From: Octopus bimaculoides
Taxonomy: Eukaryota
Direction: 5' to 3'
DNA: 33,298 nucleotides
Assembly (NCBI RefSeq): GCF_001194135.2
Contig: NC_068990.1
Location: 21,375,858-21,409,155 of the forward strand
Below the pieces are notes generated by a model. That model searched no databases and was not told where the DNA came from. It saw nothing but the letters and a program-made list of their open reading frames with translations. Position 1 is the first letter of the stretch. Every line of letters starts with the position of its first letter. Made by a program: the position numbers and the translations under genes. Shown here piece by piece: positions 24,991-33,298 of the stretch.

Positions 24991-26226
24991 CTAATATTTC
25001 TACCAGTTCGCTCCTTAAACTGGATGATAATATTAAGCGCATAAAATATTTAGGTGCCCTCGCTTTAATCACAATAATTGGTCCATAGACTTATACTTGA
25101 TTCTAATAAGTGACAACAACTGTACACATTACGGCAAGGTTTCACGTATGTATCACATAAATAGGACAGTTACTTGACTGTCCTGCGTGACCACCCAAAC
25201 AATTATTTGACAAAAGTTGCCCCCAGTCTTCTTCAAAATTTTAAAATAAAGTGGAAGGACTGCAAAATCGTCAGAAAAAATATATACAATGCAGACTGGT
25301 GCAGAACTAATGTTTAAAACCCGTGACTATGTTTCGGCATTATTAATCCTTCTTAATAATATGTTTGTGTGTGTGTGTGCGTGCATACACAATGAGACAT
25401 ATTGATAGAGAGGAAGTGAATATAGCCATACTGATGGAGAGAATAGCGTGATCTGCCTCGAGTGGAGGGAGATAAAATGAAGCTTGGATGCGATCCCAGA
25501 AATAGACGTCTATCAGCTAATAAGTGCCGTTTTGTTCGATATAGAAATAAGAATGAATATATTGTATGATCGCATGCTTCAAAATAGAAAGAAAGATCGG
25601 GTGTATGTATAAAGCTGTTCATCCAAACAGATCAGAGAAATATGGAAGTCATCCCAGACCTTGTGACTGCAATTGTTGAAGGCGGTTAAGGACAGAATGT
25701 CAGGGTAGCATTTATGCGATGACAGTCCGCCTAAAAGCTGTCTGTCCATTGCAAAATAGCGAGAATGATGGTTCTTCCATCCAATACTACTGATGCCATT
25801 ACTACTGCAGCAACATCATTAAAAATAAGGGTAACAGCAGCAGCAGTAGTAGTAGTAACAATAGTAGCGGCAAAGACGCAAACAACGATACTAGCAAAAC
25901 AAACAACAACAATAGCAACAGGAAGAACATCGCCAATATCATCAGCAAAATCCCACAATATAACAATACAAGGCATAACCCTCCCACATTCAGATATTTC
26001 AGATATTTCGTGTCACGAAAACGACAGAGGAACAATAAGAAATTGTCTTCCTGAGAAACGTGATACATGTAAAAAAAAAAAAAAAAAAAAAAAAGAAACA
26101 GTACAAAATTAATTTGTCTGCACAAAAATCTGAGAATTTTGAAAGGAGAAGCATCAAAGAAAGTACCAACACCAACTGCATCATTACAGACAACAGCAGA
26201 CCCCTCCGCCCCAAGAAGAAAACCAT

Positions 26227-26553
26227 GAGGAGCACTCCGTCGGTTACGACGACGAAGGTCCCAGCTGATACGATCAACGGAACAGCTTGTTCGTGAAATT
26301 AACGTGCAAGTGACTGAGCAATCTACAGACACGTGTACCCCTAACGTATTTCTCAAGGAGATTCAGCGTGACACAGAGTGTGACATGGCCGGCCCTTTGA
26401 AATACTGGTAGAACTCATTTTTGCCAGCTGAGTGGACTGTAGCAACATAAAATAGTGTCTTGCACAAGGACACAACGCGTCGCCGGGAACTGAACTCACG
26501 TCCTTACAATCGCGAGCCGAATGCCCTAACCACTAAGCCACGCGTCTTCACAG
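26227..26553 (-). mobile_element. SINE family D (tRNA head, CORE-like body, same 3' tail as family C)
   Basis: Minus head CGCGTGGCTTAGTGGTTAGGGCATTCGG, body GTGTCCTTGTGCAAGACACT...CCACTCAGCTGGCAAAAATGAG, tail collinear with 21220-21380. Approximate TSD AAGAAGAAAACYAT at 26213-26226 and 26554-26567. Confidence 0.88.
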
Positions 26554-26749
26554 AAGAAGAAAACTATACAGCTGACTCAAACACAACCTAATTCACACCT
26601 CAGCCAACAAGAACAACAACAGCTAAAAAAAACTTCAACTACACAGTAACATACAAAAACAACAAAGAATTAATGAATTATATACATCAACGCACAAATA
26701 TTATTCACAATAACGACATTACAACCGACAAATCATGTATAAGCACATA

Positions 26750-26900
26750 TTATCCCCAATATACTCTCATTCTTTTCGGTCGAAGAGCGTAGGCTCGAAA
26801 CATCAAAGTCTTTCCCGAGAATCATACTAATACACTTGCTTGTTGTTCCCTCACCTGCCTCCAAGTCTTTAGTTTTCTGTACATTTGAACCATAAAAATA
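26750..26900 (+). mobile_element. Third copy of the hammerhead-like short element (core CGGTCGA, stem II GAGC-GTAG-GCTC)
   Basis: TCTTTTCGGTCGAAGAGCGTAGGCTCGAAACATCAAAG...TTCCCGAGAATCATACTAATAC. Confidence 0.72.
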
Positions 26901-26938
26901 CAATATTACCGTGGATAACAAAATAAATAAATAGTGCC

Positions 26939-27373
26939 GTCAGCCGCGCCTGCCTGTGATGCAAGAGAACTGTTATGCACGTACTTGTCCAGCATACGAA
27001 CATTGCTGACTTCGGGAAGTATCTCGAACTGCTGCTAAAATATGTAGGATGGATTCAGCTAGCAGCTGAGTTCATTTTTGAATATCGTCCCGTCGCCTTC
27101 CTTCTGCTCTGAAGGCCAACAGTCTTTATCTGTCTGGTGGCTTTGGCGAAAGAGTTTATGTGGTGGGCGAGGTCGAAAAGGCTGAAGACAGACAACTTCC
27201 TTTCTGGCCAAGCCCTTATGAACTTTTTAAAATTTGACTTGAACATAAAAGTGAAGACGGAAAGGGAAACGCTACTGTACAATAAATCTATTGACAGGCG
27301 GATGTGAATGGCGAGCATATCTTTGCAAACGGGCCTGCTCTGAGTCATAGATTTGAAGAAAAAGACTAATAAA
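26939..27373 (+). mobile_element. 5'-truncated, decayed L1/Tx1-clade LINE ORF2 C-terminal fragment
   Basis: One frame (26939-27343) reads VSRACL*CKRTVMHVLVQH...VFICLVALAKEFMWWARSKRLKTDNFLSGQALMNFLKF with three internal stops. It shows the Cys/His zinc-knuckle remnant and the LAK-x2-W-x2-R motif typical of L1/Tx1 ORF2 C-termini. AATAAA at 27368-27373. Confidence 0.78.
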
Positions 27374-27619
27374 AGGCATTTACTTGAATGGTTAAGTTTA
27401 TAGGATTTCCACGACTATCTCTTGAAAGTCTCCCCAATTTTGGGGAACTCACTCTTTGTTTGAATTCTTTTTTTTTTTTCATTTTGCTTTATATTATTTT
27501 CATTTATACAAGCTTTTTTTTTATGTAATCTCACACTACGAAGTTCTTTACAGTAATCGATGTTTTCTGACAACCCTTGGTAGTTAATAAAGAAAACATT
27601 ATTATCATTATTATTATTG

Positions 27620-27676
<57 letters not shown>

Positions 27677-28793
27677 TTATTGTATATCTTCGCCGTACTT
27701 TCTAAAACTTTTGTGACGCTTTGCTGCTCTTCTTGAATATTTTCTGTTTTTCTCCAGTGAACAACAAATATTTGTCACTCTCACCTTTTCTTATTCTCTA
27801 CCACCGCTTCCACTTTCTCCTCCTTTTATTTATTTGCTTCTCAGCTATGCCTATTAAAGAAGAACTATATTGTGCTTAATGCCTGTATCTACTTTGCACT
27901 GTATTCATTGTAAATTGGCCGCGACATGATTTTTGTCGCCGTCTTATTGCAAGAATAATAAGCTTGTAAAGCATTCGTGTTTGTTCGTAAGAAAGCTGGT
28001 GTGACATTTTTATATTTATTGTTCAGCATATTTTGTTGCTGCTGTTGTTGTTGCTTCTTTTTGTTAGTTTCTTAGAAAAAAGTGTATACAAGTAGTAATA
28101 ATATACAATGACAAATCACTATCTTGTGTGTGTGATTGTGTATAAGCTTCCTTGTGATTGTATGCGTGTGAGAAAGACAAAAAATAAAGAGATAAGAGAA
28201 AAAGAAAAAGGCAAATAAGGAGACAGTGAATGAGGGAAAGAGAAGGTGAGACAAACAAAGAAAGCAGACGATAGAAACATGAAGAGAAAGAGAGAGAGAG
28301 AAAGAAACATAGACTAAGGGGAAAAGACAGAGACGGTGAGAGATAGACAAAAAGAGAGTGTGCTACGTTGAGTAAGAAAGAGAAGTAATACTACGTTCAT
28401 TGTGTTTATTGTATGACTATAATAGCATGTTTATTTGTCTTGTTTTCTTTGTCATACCGATAGAAAGACCTCTCACTCTTCCCCCTCTTTCTCTCCTGTA
28501 TACGCATGCATACACATACACATATAAGGATATAAAGAGATAGGTAGGTAGGTCGGTAGTTAGACAGATAAACAGATAAAGTCGTTAAAGACAGATGCTA
28601 TGGCTATGAGGGTCTATTACATCATGCAAAACAATGGGAAGTAGAATTGGGTATGAAAAAATGAATAGTCAAATTTTAACCCTATGAATAAGAGTTGAGT
28701 CGGTTTATAAAGCGTTTGTCTCTACGAAAATATTCAATGAATAATCAGGTAGTAAATATAAAGCCTGCTGTATCGCAATGAAACATATGAATG

Positions 28794-28840
<47 letters not shown>

Positions 28841-29460
28841 TATATTATATCAAATATGATAGCTTCATGGTCGTTAGATAAATAAAGACGTATTTTTCTC
28901 CATTTATTTTAATCCTTTTTTTTTCATCAGCATTTTTAACTAATCGGTAACTAATGTATTCTCGTTCATTATTCTCGAGTTATCACCAATGTTCCACTAG
29001 CTGGTCAACGCCTTGTCTGGAGAAATTACCGTCCTGATTCAAAGAAATATACAGAAAGATTAGAGCTAAAAAAATACTACAAGGCACTATGATAATGATA
29101 CTTTGTGTGTTAATTCCAATAGCATTGCGAAAAAAAAACGAACGAATTTATCTGGCTACTTTGGTAGACTCACCGCTAGAGAGCGATTGAAGATATGGAA
29201 GACTAGAACATACGACATTGCCAGAAGTAAGAAAAGTGGTACAGGGAAGGGTCAATGACTTGCCTGTGCGATTAAGCATTTCATTTTATCTTATGACTGT
29301 AAATGAAGCTATATATATATCAAGATTTGGGATTTTTACCCATCAAAAGATCCGCAAAGAAAAGGGATGGCCACTATCAGGTTGATGGAGAAGAGTCAAA
29401 GGCAAGAAAGAGAAGTAGAGCTTCACGCAAAATGATGTGCAATATTTTATTAAAATTCAG

Positions 29461-29887
29461 GGCGGTGAGCTGGCAGAATTGTTAGCATACCGTGTAAAAA
29501 GACTTAGCGACATTTCGTCTGTCGTTATGTTCTGAGTTCAAATTCCACCGATGCCGAATTTACCTCTCACCATTTCGGGGTCGATAAAATAAGTGTAATC
29601 AACAAGCTCCGTTCCTCCAAAATTTCAGGCCTTGTTCCTATAGAAAAAATGGAATATTTTATTAAAATTCAGGCCAGGGAGCTAGCACAGTTGTTAGCAC
29701 GTCGGGCAAAATGCTTAGCGGAATTTTGTTCGTCATTGTGTTCCGAGTTCAAATTCCGCCGAAGTTGACTTTGCCTTTCATACCTCTCGGGGTTCGATGA
29801 AATGAGTGCCAGTTAAGCGCTTGGGTCGATGTAATCGACTTGTCTTCTACTTCGAACATAGCTGTCCTTCTGTCAAAATTTGAAACC
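29461..29887 (+). mobile_element. Two tandem SINE family A copies (29461-29652, 29673-29887) framed by three 20-bp direct repeats
   Basis: AATATTTTATTAAAATTCAG at 29441-29460 and 29653-29672 (identical), AATATTTCATTAAAATCCAG at 29888-29907. Confidence 0.9.
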
Positions 29888-30565
29888 AATATTTCATTAA
29901 AATCCAGTTCCTTTACTTCCCGTGTTCAAATCCAGATTGGTTCTGAATATTCCCTTATTTGGCGTATCACGAACTACACAGATCAATGTGTTTTTGCCTT
30001 TTTTTTTTCTTTCTAAACAGTAGGTTATAACTTTATTGATTTAGCTGCTATTTCTATCTACCAATCCGACCGTACACAAAGAGGTACCTTGCTGTGTTAT
30101 CTAGCATTCCTTGAATGTATGTTATAATCAGTTATAATTAGCTCTGCCGCATCACTAAACATTTTTTATTTTTCCTTACTGTTACTTCAAGCTATTACGT
30201 GTAAGACAGTGAATCACATTGTTCACTAAACTGTAGAATTAATTATGCTTCATGATAAAATATTTCAATTGTTTGCAGTCGTCTTGCTATCTTTCATTTG
30301 AATAAATTTTAAATGTCATAATCTACTCTGTGTGTGTCTGACTGTGTGCGTATGTTTACTTTATGTGTGGACTCAGACATGTTTCAGTGGTTCAAAAATG
30401 TCCTCATTGCAAAAATGTGTTCTTAAGTTCGATCTCATTGATAAATACCACGGAACAGTATGTTTTATAGCCGGAGCCTCGAGTTGACACAAACCTTTTG
30501 ATGAAAAGACAAATGGAGTTGATACAGACATAAGAAAGCCTGTTTATCTCTACTAATTTTTTCTA

Positions 30566-30772
30566 GGCAGTGAGCTGGCAGAATCATTAGCGCATTGTAC
30601 AAAACGCTCAGCACCCATTTTTTAGGCTCTTTACGTTCTCAGTTCAAATTTCGCCACGGTTCAATTTGCCTTTAAGCCTTTCGGGGTTATTAAAATACCT
30701 ATTGAGCGCAGTCGTCATCGTAAAAGACTTCTCCTCACCCCTTCCATAACACTGCTGGCCTTGTACAAAAAA
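30566..30772 (+). mobile_element. SINE family A
   Basis: GGCAGTGAGCTGGCAGAATC...CAGTTCAAATTTCGCC...CTTTCGGGGTT...GCTGGCCTTGTAC. Confidence 0.82.
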
Positions 30773-31074
30773 TGCTATGGTACTTTATTCACAGAATGTG
30801 TGAGTATGTTTCTTCTTAAAATTTTCGTTAAGGTTAAACCTATCTTAAGGATTCTCTGCTAATTAGGCATCAGCTTAATAAGTAGGCATTTCTCATCACT
30901 GCATATCTCAATGCACATCCTTTAAGTCGACGGAGAACCAAAATATGAAATTTAAAAGCATATTAAACATCGCGTAGAACCCACCCTCTGGATGGTCGTT
31001 AATATAAATGGAGGTAACTACCTCTTCTCTCAGTGAGACGGGATTAGAAATTTGTTAGAATTGTTAAAAGTGTT

Positions 31075-31575
31075 TGAGACAGCAAACAGGCAAAACCGAT
31101 AGCACGTCAGACAAAATGGTTGGCGGTATTTCTCCTGGCGGCGAGCTGGCAGAATCGTTAGCACGCCGGGCGAAATGCTTTGCGGTATTTCGTCTGCCGT
31201 TACGTTCTGAGTTCAAATTCCGCCGAGGTCGACTTTGCCTTTCATCCTTTCGGGGTCGATAAATTAAGTACCAGTTACGCACTGGGGTCGGTGTAATCGA
31301 CTTAATCCGTTCGTCTGTTCTTGTTTGTTCCCTCTATGTTTAGCCCCTTGTGGGCAATAACGAAATAGGTATTTCTCCTGGCTGTTTACAATCTGCCGGC
31401 TGTTTACAATATGCCGGCTGTTTACGATTTGAGTTCAAATTCCACCTAGGTTCACTCAACGTTTCATTCTTTCGGAGCCGATAAAATAAGCATCGTTTGA
31501 TCAACAGGGTCAATGTAATCGACTTACATCTCCCATCAAAACTGCTAGTCCCTTCTCCCACCCAAAAAACCTTCA
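31075..31575 (+). mobile_element. Young SINE family A (31140-31367) nested in an older family A copy, 15-bp TSD
   Basis: GGTATTTCTCCTGGC is duplicated at 31125-31139 and 31368-31382. The host head lies upstream and the host body and tail downstream. Confidence 0.9.
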
Positions 31576-31639
31576 AAGACTTATACTTTTAATTCAAAGA
31601 ATTGTATAACGATGCTTCATCCTGAAGTTTTCATTGAAA

Positions 31640-31915
31640 ATATACATATCTGTGGAATACTCAGTCAGTTATACGTCAATTGAATGAGTAGATAGTTCAC
31701 TTGAATGATCATCTAAGCAACGGTGGATTCTGAAATTTAAAAGCGTATTCAGTGTTGCTAATATCATAAGAGCGCCGAAAGGTGGCGACCTGGTAAGTTG
31801 CTTTCTTTCTATCGAAATTAGAAACAATTATTTTGCCATGGCCAAGTCATAAAATACATTGTAATTTCTTCCTTCCCAGTAGTTTTGAGTTCGAATTTAG
31901 CCTTGTATAGATTAT
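31640..31915 (+). mobile_element. Degenerate fragment of the C/D SINE tail (~31640-31730) and degenerate SINE A (~31770-31915)
   Basis: ATATCTGTGGAATACTCAGTCAGTTATACGTCAATT resembles the tail GTATCTGTGGAGTTCTCAGCCAGTTGCACGTTAATT. AAGGTGGCGACCTGG and TTTGAGTTCGAATTT resemble family A. Confidence 0.5.
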
Positions 31916-32018
31916 TTCTTTCATGCATTATACACGTTACTGAATACTTACTTTCCAGTGACGTCAGAGGCATACGATAACATAGCTGTACACACACTCA
32001 CACACATAAATATTTACC

Positions 32019-32049
<31 letters not shown>

Positions 32050-32097
32050 CATATATANNNNNNNNNNNNNNNNNNNNNNNNNNNNNNNNNNNNNNNN

Positions 32098-32161
<64 letters not shown>

Positions 32162-33298
32162 TACATACGTATATTTATATATGTGTGTGTGTGTGTGTGT
32201 GAAAGAGAGAGAAAGAAAGAGAAAACATTGAAGAAGTGATTGAAGCAAAGATAAAACGATTAACCTGAGACTAAAGGAGGAAGAAAAACAGAAGGTTTTA
32301 CGCTACACAAATGCACTGACACAGTTATTACTATAGCTTTCTCACCAACACCTCACACCCCCACCAACATCTCAAAATACGTCATTTTCTTTCTAGATCT
32401 CTCTTTTCCTATATGTTTCTCATTCTCTATCGCTCTCTATTCCACATACCTACAGAGAAAGAAAGAAAAAAGAGGGGACGCGTCAGATCACTTCTTCTAC
32501 ACCATAAATGAAATGAGTTAGAAAATGTGAAATATTGCCGGAATATCTTTTATTGAAATTGACAAACATCGATGTGAGGGATGAGTATGGTGCTGACTAA
32601 GTATTACAAGTAGTTCATCTGGGGGAGCTAGTCTGTCGCACGCCGACCTCTTGGCTATCATCGAACCCCTGTAATTACTCGCCGACCCCTAGAGAGTCCC
32701 GCGGCCCCATTTGGTGACCCCTGTTCTATAACTACCTTCACGAGTGACATTAGGAGATGATTTGATTGAGGTTTAGCTACTATTTTTCATAACAGTTATA
32801 ATACAAACCTTCCTATGAATTGAAATTAAGAACAAACATGATTTTGAGATAGTTCGCTTTGTAGGTTCTAAATACATGGCAGATAAATCTAATATTCGCA
32901 TCTTCTCCATACGTAGACAATTGTTGTGTTCCGTAAAACTCTGGAAGAGCCATTTATCTAAGGCAAAGTATTAAATTATTTTGATAAATGTTAAATTTAT
33001 ACATATATATGTACATACACACATATATTTATATGTATACACGAATATAAATATTTGTATATATATATACGTACATGCACTCACACACACATATATAATT
33101 ATAAATGTATAAATATATGTACTATGTTATATATTTTTCTTTGTGAGAGAGAGTGGGGTGGGGGGTGCGCGTTCGTACAAGCGAAGGTCTATGTGTTAAC
33201 GACTGAGATTAGTTTGCAATATTATTGGACAGAAATAGTCATAAGCATAGAAAATAAACAAAGAGAGGGAGAGAGAGAGAGGGGGGGGGAGAGAGAGA

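Noticed and set aside
25390-25740. Possible decayed CR1/L2 ORF2 3' fragment on minus
   Set aside because: Only vague STRG and W-x-SLP-like hints in different frames.
28990-29430. Possible decayed RTE LINE fragment (YFGRL, KILQG and KVVQGRV-like words)
   Set aside because: The motifs are scattered over frames and cannot be supported without an alignment.
31718-31794. Plus exon-like QRWILKFKSVFSVANIIRAPKGGDL with donor gtaagt
   Set aside because: It spans a degenerate SINE tail and a SINE A head.
32660-32723. hAT-like terminus (reverse complement CAGGGGTCACCAAA)
   Set aside because: Only one end found, with no partner TIR or TSD.

Overview
Eukaryotic, AT-rich, repeat-dense genomic DNA with about 18% N (12 scaffold gaps, most flanked by microsatellites). 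The SINE complement and very high microsatellite density point to an octopus (Octopus sp.) short-read assembly; this is inference from recalled repeat families, not a database search. No protein-coding gene is recognisable. Nearly all supplied ORFs are microsatellite, N-run or SINE artefacts. Supported content: about 19 copies or fragments of one tRNA-derived SINE (family A), three other tRNA-headed SINE types (B, C, D; C and D share a 3' tail), a decayed L1/Tx1-clade ORF2 3' fragment, a 274-bp foldback element, and three copies of a short element with a minimal hammerhead-ribozyme-like fold. There is also a CpG-rich YY1-type promoter/first-exon candidate (minus strand, ~2.65 kb) and a triple CRE-like cluster (~20.85 kb). 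The most notable observations are the hammerhead-like element with a shared core substitution, a TSD-bounded SINE with a twin-priming-type 5' inversion, repeated use of identical target sites by SINEs, and a candidate recursive splice site.
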